A stretch of DNA of 64,000 nucleotides, taken from NCBI RefSeq assembly GCF_000150275.1, contig NW_002060949.1:3850449-3914448 (forward strand). Direction: 5' to 3'. Numbering within the stretch: position 1 is the first letter of the stretch; each line of letters starts with the position of its first letter. This stretch comes from Trichoplax adhaerens. Its lineage: Eukaryota; Animalia; Placozoa. Of this stretch, positions 27,004-40,400 are shown piece after piece. The position numbers and the translations under genes were made by a program. The notes beneath the pieces are model-generated. The model saw only the letters and a program-made list of their open reading frames with translations, was not told where the DNA came from and ran no database searches.

Positions 27004-30000
27004 ATGTCACATAAGCCGCAAGATTACGATGGTAGTAAAAACTTACAGGATCTGCAACCACTCCAAGCTATACAAGAAGAAGTTGTAAAGCAATTTTCGT
27101 CCACCTTAAGCCTTACAGAAGATGAATTAGCACGGTGGAAAAATCTATGGGCTGCCGATCTACAAATTTCAAACTTTATCCAACTCAATACGCTGCCTTT
27201 ATCATTATCTTGCCTAAATTTACTTAACAGCATTATAACCGATTGCCATCAGGTTATTCAAGAAAAACTACAAGCACCATGGCTGGCAATGTTAACCAGA
27301 TATAATCAAATTAAAAAGAAAAAAAATATTACTGCCCATATTTCTGTCATTGCTGAAGAATTTGAAAAGAGACGTGCAGAAAAGTTGGCAATAAAATCAA
27401 GCATACTAGAGTTGATTATGCAAAAGAAATGCTTTGATACAGCTATTGTAGAATACTTAAAGGATATAATTAATATCGATCAGGAATGCACGGAAGAAGA
27501 AAGAAATAACATGAACGAGAATACTAATCAAGCTATACAAAAAGTGATGCAAAGAATTAAAGTAGAAATTAAAAGAGTTTCACTGAGGCTACCGATTTAT
27601 GCTCGTCGCTATGAAATTCAACAACTTGTCAACAGCAACCAAGTAATTGTTATTAAAGGAGAAACAGGTATACTCTTTGTATTTTAATCTCGTTTTAATT
27701 GCAGATTGAAATAGTTTAAATAGACTATAATTGAATTTAAAATCAATGCAAGATTAATCCAGTGTTTAGTCATTGCAATGGATTATGTGATAATATAATT
27801 CAATGTTCAATTAAAATATAGCAGATTGAAATAGTTTCAATAGGCTATCATTGAATTTAAAGTCAATGCAAGATTAATCCAGTGTTTGGAGATTGCAATG
27901 GATTATGTGTTGAATTAAAATAGCAGATTGAAATAGTTTCAATAGACTATCATTGAATTTAAAGTCAATGCAAGATTAATCTAGTGTTTAGAGATTGCAA
28001 TGGATTATGTGTTGAATTAAAATAGCAGATTGAAATAGTTTCAATAGACTATCATTGAATTTAAAGTCAATGCAAGATTAATCCAGTGTTTAGAGATTGC
28101 AATGGATTATGTGTTGAATTAAAATAGCAAATTGAAATAGTTTCATTAGACTATCATTGAATTTAAAGTCAATGCAAGATTAATCCAGTGTTTAGTCATT
28201 GCATCGGATTATGTGATAATGTAATTCAATGATATTCTTCAATAAGTAGCAAATAAATACCACTTTCTATTTTTTGGATCAGGTTCTGGTAAGAGTACAC
28301 AGATTGCTCAGTATATCGCTGAATTAAATATTGGCCGTGTTATTTGTACCCAGCCTAGGAAAGTAGCTGCTATTAGCCTTGCCAATCGTGTAGCTGACGA
28401 ATATGCTCTAAGTGATGCACGTATCGATTATGTAGTCAGCAGTTCTGATGACAAGAAATCATGTAACGACTCGACGATAACATTTGTAACGGATAAGGTA
28501 TTGCTAAATATGTTGGCTGATGATCCTATCTTAACCTCTTATGCCTGCATCATAGTTGATGAAGCTCACGAACGTAGTATATACACGGATGTATTGCTTG
28601 GCTTTTTAAAGAAAGCTTTAACCTATCGTCATGACTTAAAATTAATCATAACATCAGCAACGATTAATACTGAATTATTTTCCAATTATTTCAACACATG
28701 TCCAGTTCTAAGTGTATCTGGTAAGCTCTTTCCGGTCGATATTCACTGGTGTGACAATGATTTCGGTAGTAATTATTTTGATAAAGCGCTAGATACCGTG
28801 GTTGATATTCATCAGCGATGCGATCAAGGCGATATATTAGTCTTTTTAGTAACACCGGATGAAACAGAAAAAGCTTGCATAGAAATAAAGAAACGATTTG
28901 TTGATCCAAATTCAATTATTGCATTACCCTTACATGGTCGATTGCAAGCAGAAGATCAACAACGGGTTTTTACTCTTGATTCATCTCAGCCACGGAAAGT
29001 CATTTTTGCTACCAATTGCGCTGAAACATCGATTACTATACCAGGCATTCGTTATGTTGTCGATACTGGCTTGGTTAAGGAAAGGACTTACAATTGTAAA
29101 TCAAATTGTTACACTTTACGTATCCATCAAGTATCACAAAGTTCAGCGATACAACGTTGTGGACGTGCTGGACGAACACAATCAGGTGTATGCTATCGCT
29201 TGTATTCACAAGAAGTCTATAATAATATGCGTGTATCTACAGAACCGGAAATTAAGTGTGTCCATTTATCCTCAGTTATTCTTAAAATGATCCAATTAGG
29301 TGTAGCAGATATAATCAATTTTAATTTTATTGAGCCTCCATCACTACAAAGTATTTCTAACTCCTTGGATACGTTGTCTATGCTTGGAGCAATTAATACA
29401 TCACCTTTAAAGCTAACATCGGATGGTAAATTATTTTGCATGTTGCCGGTGGAACCTAGACTTGCAAAGCTTGTCTTAAGTAGTTGTCAACATAATCTAT
29501 TACCGGAAGGAATTATTATAGCATCGGCATTATCTATATCTTGTAATTTATATTGCCGTTATGGTTCTGATGAAGAAAAGCATTATTCAGATCTACTCAA
29601 GGTTCAATTTTGTTCTACCAGTGGAGATATTATTTCAGCAGCTGAAGTTTATCTTAAGTGGCGATCATTACGTTATGAACGAGAGCGAATGACATGGTGT
29701 GTCGAAAATAAAATTAACTCTAAACTATTAAAGCAATTCGATAACAACGTACGTGAACTGAAATACGTTTTAACAAACATGGGTAAGGTAAACTGTGCCA
29801 CTTTCAACATACCATTACGAATGGATGTCGCTGCGTGCACTAAGTTAAGACAATTTATATTTCAATCTTATCAAGATAAACTAGCATTATTTACCGGCTT
29901 TGACAAATTAGGCTATCTTATGAGATATTCTGATAAGGAATACTTAATTCATCCATCTTCAGTCTTGTTCCCTCTAGGAATCCATCCAAAATATATTGTT

Positions 30001-32568
30001 TGTCAGGAAATACTGACTACATCGGATGATTTCTTAATAAATACTACTCCTGTTGATGAAGAATGGGTACAAGCTATCGAGAATGACAACGAAATAAAAG
30101 CAATGTCATATAACTTGGCTACAACTGAAACGATAAAAAACTTAAGCTCTATTATATTATCGAAATTCGATCCAATGAAAGTTAATAAATTTCGTAAATA
30201 TTTATTACATAATGAAGGTATTCGTTGCCATATTACAAGCAACGTCAGGGCTGGTCTTTTAAAAGTGACAGCAATAAAGTCGAAACTGCCCAAATTACTT
30301 GGTATCGTAAACGAGTTGATCATGACTAAAAAGGAAAACTTATTGAAAGATATAAAGACAGTGCCTATTGCTGACCATATAGATGCGCCACGATTAATGA
30401 TTGGTAAAGGTATTATTGTCAAGAATATCGTATTGGCTGATGAATCAATTGAATTCAAGATTAAATTGTCTTACATTGGTAACGATGCTCCGAGTGAAGC
30501 TGTTGCTTCTGATGCAATTAATGAAATCTTAGCTATGATAAAATCATGTGGTGAACTGGCTTCTAGTCTAGATCATATCAATAAATCTAAAGATAATAAA
30601 TTTATTCAAATTGAAAAAGTAGTTTATCAATACCCTACTAGCCAGCCTTTAATAAATGGAATTGATATGAAAATTATTTCTAATTACGAAGTTCGTGTAC
30701 AAAGTGGCCTACTGATTAATTCGTGTACATCGCAAGATCGGACTAGAGTTCAAGTTCGTTGGCCACGAAGGCAACGTAATGGAAATTGCACAATCACATG
30801 TAAAAATTGTTTTGATGCAGTTACGGTGAAAGGTAACTTTCCACTAATTGTATATGGTCGTGCAATTCATGGATTGATCGATCGCAATTGCGCTAGCAAT
30901 TTATTTTTACGTAAGCTACCAAGCTATATTCGTGAAGAGGACATCTTAACAGCTTTAACGCCTGCTTGTCGGGCACTAATTACTGGATTTTGGTTTCATC
31001 GCTTGCCGGGTTTTGAAACTGCCTCAACTGAGCCTTCTCGAATAGCTTTATGTCAAGTATTAGATGAGGTTGGATATTCTGGAAAATATTCACAAGTCAC
31101 CATCAAGCCGATCTCAAAAAATAGTTCAATGGTAACTGCTAATGTTCTATTCCGGACAGACGCTGATGCTTTGTCAGCAGTACAAGCTTTAAATGGTCAA
31201 CGTTATGATGAATTGATGATTGGTGAGCCAATATCAGCTAGAATAAGCTACTCACGGACAATAAAATGCCCATCGGAAATCTATGATTTCGTAAGCACAG
31301 CCATAAATCGGCTACGAGAATCACTTACGTATAAAAATGATAAAGAGCGAATTGTTTATATCGATGTTTATCCGTCTAATGAGAAATATCGTTCAACATC
31401 GATCTTTACTAGAAGCTGGAATTTATTGAATTTAAATCAAGTAAGCTTACAAATAGCCGAAATAATTGCACCAGCAAAAGTGATGATTGAAAATACTGAA
31501 ATTTTAAATTATTTTGATAGTGATGACGGTAAAAAATTCTTTGTAACTTTAACGGATCGTTTTAGTGTGCACGTTAAATTAGATTGGAGATCTCAATGTA
31601 TATTAATCTATGGTGACAAATATTTGAAAGAACAAGCAGTAAATTCGTGCCAGAAAGCTATCGAATTATTACTATCCAAGCGGAATAGCATTGAACTGGT
31701 TGCTGATGACAAACCGAAAGGTCTTATTAAAGTCATCATTAAACGATATGGCATTCAATTGAATAAGTTACGAGAATTATCAGGTGCGGATATAATCCAG
31801 CTTAATATGAAAAATAAGAGTTTAATCGTTGTAGGTGATCAAAATTCGTTCAAGACTGTACTGAGCGAAATCAATATGTGCTGTAATGCGCTCAACATTT
31901 CCAAAGAGAAATGGAATGATCAGGTACTTGAAAGTGAGTGCGTTGCGTGTTTTGGTGATGTTGGTAACGATAGGTATCGTTTACAGTTCTGTGGACATTT
32001 ATACTGCAAGGAATGCATCACTAATCAAATGAATGTTGCGTTACGTACATCAAAATTTCCAGTAAACTGTGCTTACTGTAATGAAGAATTTGTTGTACAA
32101 GATTTAGAACATCAAATAGTGGAATTACCAGAAAAACGACTGTTTAACGTACTACTGTCAGAATTTGTGCGTCGTAATGCCGACCAGTGGCGTTTTTGCC
32201 CAACTCCAAGATGTCAATCAATTTATAAGAAATCGGAAAGTAGTGAGATATTTACTTGCTATTTATGTCAGAAAAAGACCTGTCGTGGATGTGATACAGG
32301 TGATCATGCTGGATTTGATTGTAATGCAATAAGATTATATCGAGAAAATCCTGATGCTTCTTTTATGGAATGGTTTGAAAAAAAATCAAACAATGTAAAG
32401 AGGTGCCCTGGAAAGAATTGTAGTGCTGCTATTGAGAAATCAGCTGGTTGCAACCATATGGAATGTAATTTCTGTCATACTCATTTTTGTTGGATTTGCT
32501 TAGCTGCATTTATAACTTCCTCAGAATGCTATTACCATTTAGAGCAAATGCATGGAAGTTATGTCTAG
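27004..32568 (+). CDS. DEAH-box RNA helicase-RBR (RING-IBR-RING) E3 ubiquitin ligase fusion, DEAH11/DEAH12-like, about 1649 aa
   Basis: Exons 27004-27667 and 28283-32568 (phase 1 intron inside GETG|SGKSTQ). Helicase motifs TQPRKVAA, DEAH, SAT, TNCAETSITIPG, QRCGRAGR, followed by HA2/OB-like region. RING1 CVAC..CGHLYCKEC..CAYC, IBR CPTPRC..CYLC..CRGC..H..C, RING2 CPGKNC..GCNHMEC..CHTHFCWIC. The frame is open back to the acceptor at 26982, so the start could lie further upstream. Confidence 0.93.
27701..28230. repeat. Intronic satellite, 102-bp unit (first unit 120 bp), 5 copies
   Basis: Units start at 27701, 27821, 27923, 28025 and 28127: gcagattgaaatagtttcaatagactatcattgaatttaaagtcaatgcaagattaatccagtgtttagagattgcaatggattatgtg... 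Confidence 0.95.
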
Positions 32569-35500
32569 TATATTACAGTGGTACCTACTTGTTAATGGAT
32601 GATAATTGGCTAAGGTTTATGAATTGCTGTTCTGTTTAACTTGTTTGATAATTCATTAATATGATAATGTAATACAATAATTTACGATTTTTCGGCTAAA
32701 GTATTGCGTTTCTTTTAAAAAGAATCATGCTGTTATTTCGTCCGTATGCGAATTTTTGCTGTTTAACGCTGCAGGAATTTGTTGTTTGTCAGCCCTTAAA
32801 CTAATCATGACCAGCAAACTAAATTTTATTTTTATGTATGAACGCTCGTTATTTGATAAATAAATGTAAGCATAGTGAATACAAAATTAACAACAATCCG
32901 ATAGTTTAAGCAGTCAGTTGACAGTCTTGGCATAAATAGAAATTCTATAATTAATGGATGTTTTAATTTTGCTTAAGAAAATGTTACATGTGTGTATTAG
33001 CCAACTATGATGAAAAATTTATTGAAAAGTGGGCGTCAGTACCGGTACTGTCTGTTACGCTTTCATCGATGATCTTTCGGTTGCCCATTAGTAAAAGTAT
33101 GCTATCCTATACAAACAAGTGTAATAACGAATTGTCTATATATATTGAACGACCAGGATGAGCGTGTAATATGCTAGGACCCTGTTCCTTTAATATTCAA
33201 ACGAGGGGGGGGGGGCGATTCAGTAGCTATAACGAGCTATTGCTGTCTTATGATTGCTGAGGAATAATATCATTGGTAGTTAAAGCAGAGACGAAATTTT
33301 AAAAGGGTTAAAATTGTATCAATCCCAAGGGATCGTAAAATAATGAAACAATCATGGATTAAGCTACATTGATTGAATATATAATCATATACGACTATAT
33401 CAATTAACATTTGATATAAATTCACAATTTTTTTTGTATGCAGACACAAGTGTGAGATTATAACATTCACCCTACTATTATTAACATCCTAACATTTCTT
33501 ACAAGAGAACAAATTATATGCGTTAGTGGAATGCATCATATCTTTTTATCGAATTTTGCAAATAAACATGAACAACCATTTTTATTAATACATCATAGTT
33601 ATTGTTGAAGAGGCATCGTTATATCCAATAAATAACTATTTCCATTCACTTAAAAGTACAATTTTTATAAAGTTAATGATAGCTTCAAGGGGATCATTAA
33701 AAATCGTATTTATTAAACAATTCTACTTAATTAATAAATTAGCAACTTTTATTGTTTGTTTCATTTGGAGAACTTTTAACTGGTAGTTTTGACTGTATAG
33801 GAGATGGCAGAAGCCTTCGTCAATATTCTCATATCGCAAAAAAAGACATCAGTTACAATTTTGTTTGCAAATTGGCTAATAGATATTCAAATGAGCAAGA
33901 TTCGCCTATATTAATTTTATAAAAATAATTTTGATGCAGTAACAAAATTATTAAAGTTACCGTACGTATGAACGGAAAGTAATTGGAAAGATAAATTTCA
34001 ATTAGATCTCCGACAAATTATATTATATAATTAGAGATCGATAAATATGAAGCATTAGGTGCAGATCCCGTAAATCATACATTGTTAATTAGTAAATTCT
34101 TTAATTTCAATTCAGAAGACTCTTCTAATAGGATCATTTTAACGACATAACAGATACCATTCTATGACACTTAACTACGTAACAAAGATTATTTCTGATA
34201 TAGTAATACTGCAATGCATCAGTGTATTTCCTTGCTTATCCATCCGAATGCACAACAGATAGTAATCGTCTATTACTTTATTTTTGTGAAACAACATGCA
34301 TAACTTTCATCTAATGTTAATAACAATTATTAAACTTTACACCGTTGAGGTAATTTGAAAGGTAGAAATTATGGCCTGATGTATGTGTATTCACGTTATC
34401 ATATTAGATCGGTATATTATCTGCGTTGAATGATTAAGCATAATTTATTTATTAGCGTAGTTGCAGCTTGGTGCGTTTAAATTAATTTTTAATAAATATC
34501 CAATGCAACTAAAATGGTGTTGATAATTATAATGAATCGTAAGGATACATCTTAGTCACAAAATCAAAGTTACAGATGCAGTATAGAGTAATAGAGTTAT
34601 GACTCATCTTATTCAGGATAAGCATTGATAAAGGATTCAGGTGTCATAGCATGGATAATATTTTGAGTTTTTAGGTAATAGCATTATAATAACTGTAACT
34701 GTTATTGCGTATCTAGGTGATGAATACCTAATGGGGTATTACAAATTAACCCCATTTAGTTAAAGGTTAATTTATTCTATAAGAAAAAGGTACTAAAATA
34801 AATAAAAATGAAGAAATGAGTTGATTCCAAAGAAATTACTCATACAGACATTAATTTGACCTTTTGAAGATTATCTACGTTATTAGTAATTGAGTTGAAA
34901 GATGTCGCTCATTTTTTTTGTTCGATTTTACTGAACGGAGATCAATGAATTAACTAAGTTTTATGCTAAATATACGTTGATGATAATAAGATGAAATTTA
35001 TTCATTGATACTCACTTATTTAGAAGTTAAATGCGAATAGAGTGGGAGATGAGAACATAAATTACAAAATAAATAGATTTTAAAGCAACTCATATTCAGA
35101 TTTAAGAAAGTACTGTTTTATACTAAGCATAAGCGTGGCGTATTCAATTTTCTATCTTTTATTCGTTATTAAGGGTCAGGAATTGTTTGTTGGTCGAGAG
35201 ACAGGTGTTACGGATTTAATTCATAACACTGATTATTAAATTAAATTCTTACCATAGATTTAAATCTGTGTATTGGTCTAGTCATAAAATATTAAAAAGC
35301 GATATTAATGCTCTCTATATATTATATTATTATATTATATAGATGATATTCTCTTACGATTTTTTATACCGGAGCGAAATCAGATAGAAACAATAACTCT
35401 TCATCACCGAATTCCAATATGATAACCTTTAGATTCAAATCTATGAGGATACTGATATCATCAATCAAAGTAACATTAAGTTGATGTATCATATGTAACG

Positions 35501-37436
35501 AGTGTATTTCATATACTGCATTAATCAAGCTGCTATATTTCCTTAAATATGGATAATTAATTTAGACGAAATACAGATTGAATATTAAATTTCGATGCAT
35601 TAATGTAAATATTGAAACTGGCAGTAAAAAAATGATGATAGCATCATCGATTCATGCAACATTATGCAAACATATCGTGCATAATCGATATCTTTATACT
35701 TTATTAAGCTAATAGCGTCATTTCTTAACAAAAGCAATTATCTCGAAAATAATTAACTTTTGGATATCTAATTCTAATGCCACGGTAATTAGTATGATGA
35801 AAATAATGCTAATCAAGCCGATATCATTTTACGTTAAGACTGTACTCAACCGATACGGCATGTAGTCACGCTATATTGACAAGATTTTTTTAATTAAGGT
35901 AACCATTTAGATCAAATAATTTTTAAACATTTGATTTCATGATGATAATATTTAAATTGAAATTCATAAAAATAATAATAACATTGCTGTTCGAAACAAT
36001 ATTATATTCATCGAAACTGATGCAATAATAATTCCAGTAAAGGAATTATTACTTGAATCTTATCAATGCGATATGCTATGATAAGTAAGTAGTGATCAGT
36101 ATAAGTCAAATATATTTCACTTTGGTTTTGATATCGATTACAAGATAATTATTTAATCGTCTCAGGAAAAGTCGCAGGTAGTGATGATCAGTTATTCATA
36201 TAATTATTATTTAGCACTAATGATAATAGATTTAGGTAGCCTGTTCCATAAAGGGCCTAGATGGAAGCAAAATAAATTCATTCTTAACCTGATCAAATGG
36301 CATCTATAACATAAAATTGTTCTAGTAAACGAGTACTCATTTTATAGCAGTTTTGCATATATGTTATTCCATCATCAAAAACATTACCTACCTATATGAT
36401 TAATCATACATAGTTGATAGACAGAAATATACGTAACAATTTGATCAAAGTGATCTATTAATCACCTATTCCTAGAATATTGTATTGATCAAACAGTAAA
36501 ATTCATATTTTTTGTTATAAAACCACATTATTACTGACAGTTTGCACTCTACTCTGAGCATTAGCGTCTTATTTTGTTCTTTTCTAACTACAATAAAAAA
36601 CACTGAAGGACTCTATTGGGCAGTGAAATATTTATTATACGAGTATATTTCTATAATTTTCACTTCAATTTTGATCTTGATTGATTGATTATAATTATCG
36701 GCAGTATATTGTATTACTAAAATAATGGATTAATGATGATCAAGAGATACGGTATCAATATATTTTATTTGAATTAGTCAAGTTTAAATAATTTATTGAT
36801 AATATAGATAATAAGTAGAGTCGAAAGAGACTGTAAGTAAATGATTTGATTTATCAATATTAATATTGTAATGATTTATTAATAATCTATTTTTATTTCA
36901 ATAAATGCATTGATATAATTACAATCGGCTACTCCCTATCTTGACTCAAGCTGCTAATCAAGCCAGCGATACAATAGCGATGTAAATATTCGCTTTTACT
37001 ATCCTTTTAGGCTAATAACAATAATCAATAACGATAGAATAAATGATTGTTTTGTAGTTATATTGCTTCAATTATTTTGATACAATTATATCCCTAAGTC
37101 CATATGCATATCAAATGACGTCGGTTTGCAATATAATTCAGTTAAGAATTCATAATTTATGCAGTAATTAATTATTAATATAGCTGTATCCGTGTTAGTA
37201 ATTATTATGATTGGCAATTGCTGTTATTTTTATTGAAATAGCATGCTATCCGTAACATAGAATTGTATAGCACGAAGACTATTTTCCTCTCATTTACAAT
37301 CTGTATACCGCATAAACAACTCATTATCGATTCAAAGCTAAGCTAAGTAAGCTGTTGGGAGAGTTTTTCATCACTATTATGTATTAATGTTAGAGTGTGA
37401 ATATTAGAACGAAAAAGGAAACTTTCAACTGCCAAC

Positions 37437-40400
37437 ATGAACATAATGATGAGAAATAGGATGCTATTTCTACCAAAAATATTGCATTTGATAACGATAT
37501 CCTTAATCTGCCTCTATTTAATTCATTTAAACGATTGTAATGCTACTGCGACTAAAGATTTACATATTATTGGATTTCATCGAACTGATATCAATGACAG
37601 CTTTGCTCATTTATATATACCGGTGCTTTATGGCGCCATGATGGCCATTAATGATATTAATAATAGGACAGACTTACTGCCTGGTTACAATTTTAAAGTT
37701 CAATATCATGACGATATGGTAATTTTTTACAAATGTAACAATTTTTTTATATTCTTTCTCACTTCAAATATAATCTCTACTACAAGTATTTTTTGTTCAA
37801 TGCCGAAAAATAACTAAGCTGGTAGCGATCGTTATAGATATTATGTTCTAGTCATTAAATATGATACCTATGATGGCTAGATTTTATACCTAAGCTGCTT
37901 CTAGAAGTTTCGCCGAAATAAAGTCCTATTTAAAGCATATATAGATTTCTAATATACATTCATCATCTTCAAGAAAATTAAAAAATAAACTACAATAGTA
38001 TTTTGATATCATTCTCAAACTGCTGATTGAACTAATATCAAAATCGACAACTTCTATGCTATTAAATTAAGAATTCAGTAGCTTGCTAATTGACTAAAAT
38101 TCATTTTTTCTTAAAAGCGTACACCAGCAATAGCAGGGAAGTTATTTGTTGAAGCTGTTTTACGGACACCCATTAAAGTTGGTATTCTTGGCCCATTTTC
38201 TTCAAGTGTTTCGGAAGCAATCGCATCAATGGCAAGATATTGGCATTTACTAGAGGTAATGTTATGTAAGTTATATTAGCTAGGCTTTAAGATTACCACA
38301 TGACGATAGATAGTACTTAAACTCCATTGCGTTATTGATTTATAGCGGAAACAAAAATTTAAATATTTCACTATCGTTGACATGATCGAATATTAGGTTT
38401 ACTACATTATCATTTATTCATAACCAATTTTTCATATTATAGATGATTCTAATCTTAACTACGTTATTCAGGCATGTCTTAGTGATAATTAAAGTCTAGT
38501 AGAATTGATCAACTTTACTTATTTTTACTATAATTAACCCTAAATTTCATACTTAAATTGGTACATTAGTTACGTCTGAGAGAGTGATTGTCTATCTTGA
38601 ATGGACAAAGTAGCAGAAAATATTTCGAAATTTTTATTTTCCCATTTAGTAAAATATCAGCAGCGAAAATTCAAGCTATGATTCAGACACAATAAGAATC
38701 GCTAGTCCTTTACTATGTTAATTGTACATCACAGCCTCATTTGTTGGTCTATAAGCCCTTCCATAACTGCCATACTTTGGGCTCAGATTTTAGATAGAAA
38801 TTGAAACTAGATTTAGAAGCTTAGGACATCATACCATCATAAATTATTTGATCACAAGAATCTATAAAATACACCTTGATTTTGCAGCTGTAGTATTTTT
38901 AGATATCAATCGATATTACTGCCTTGCAATCAGGATTGTATTTGATTTCGTAGTGTGCTGCATCTCTTTGCTAATGAAATACCGATATCTTCGGTATGTA
39001 ATTAATATAAGGCGGTTCTAAATGTCTATAATTGCAAACCTGACCAGCTTAAACTAAGTAAATGGGCAGCAATACTTTAAGATTTCTTAATGGAATTTCG
39101 TAAAGTATCAAGAAGAAAATTAGGTTTATCTATCGTTGTTATCATTTCAAATTTGACTAACAGTTTTTATTTACTCAGCCCAATTTGGCATTGAGTAACC
39201 TCCAAATACAGGAAAAATGATACAGTATCTAATAAATTGAACTTAGATAATAGAATTATTCTATTGCCGTTCACGTGAGACTTTGATAAAACGGTAATAG
39301 CTCAGTACTAGTAGTAGATAAATACCACTAAACTGTTTCAATTTACTTTCTAGTAGCGCACTAAAAATTCGGTATAGATCTAGTAAGGAAGATAATTTTA
39401 ATATTCCAATTTAATTATATAATTATCAATAAAGCTGAGCGATTTTTCTGTCTTCTTAAATATAACAATATCGGAAAGATTGAGAGAAAGCTGCTAGGCT
39501 ATTTAATTACTGAGAATTATTTTACCCGTGCTCTTTCTTAAATTTAGCAGGGTAGGAGAAAAGTTCTGGCATCTAATTTTCATTAATAATTAACATCGTA
39601 CTTAACTTCATAACCAATATACATATTACCTGAGTTCACTTAGAAACGAAATTAGATTCCTATTTCAAGATGAAGATAAAATTTGAATAGGTTTAATAAA
39701 ATACAAATTGTATCTAGGTGATTTTATAGTAAGGGTTATGCACCTGTATTGGGGCAAGGGAATATTCTAAAAGCCAAGCCTGCACCATTCCTTGTTATAA
39801 TCATTGCAATTAGAAGTATATGCTGCTAGTTTAGAATTTCAAACTGAGCTAAAGCTTGATTTAATTATCTTATTACACTAACATATATAAATTGATTGCA
39901 TTACAGCAATGATGATGACTCTTCAATCGATATGATTATTAAAGTAATTATTTATCATTGACATTCTCAAAATAAGATAATTGGTACTTATCTAATCCTT
40001 ATCCAATCTGTATCTCACGATACATCGCCGAAGATAACTGATACTATTAATTGAAGCAGTCATAATTTAAAATTACAACCAGAGGCTTGACTATTACTCA
40101 ATCTAATTATTGGTAGGGATAAACTATCGAATCTACCCGTATGCTATCCAATAGGCAGTTCAGCTATTCTACTTGAAATAAGTACTATATAAATATATCA
40201 AAAAGAACTAACCTAAACTGCCGTGTGAGAATTTATTTGGTAAAATTATTATTGATACACATTAAGCAGACAGAAATACTTATTTAATGAAGACCCTAGT
40301 AACTTTAATATGATTATAAACTAGCTATTATTACAGATTAAATCAGGTTGAAAGACATTAAGAAAAAGTATTATATACTAATACTCGCATTTGCTAAAAA

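Noticed and set aside
20859-30458. Antisense or alternative-frame ORFs inside the ZBED and helicase genes
   Set aside because: Shadows of long coding exons.
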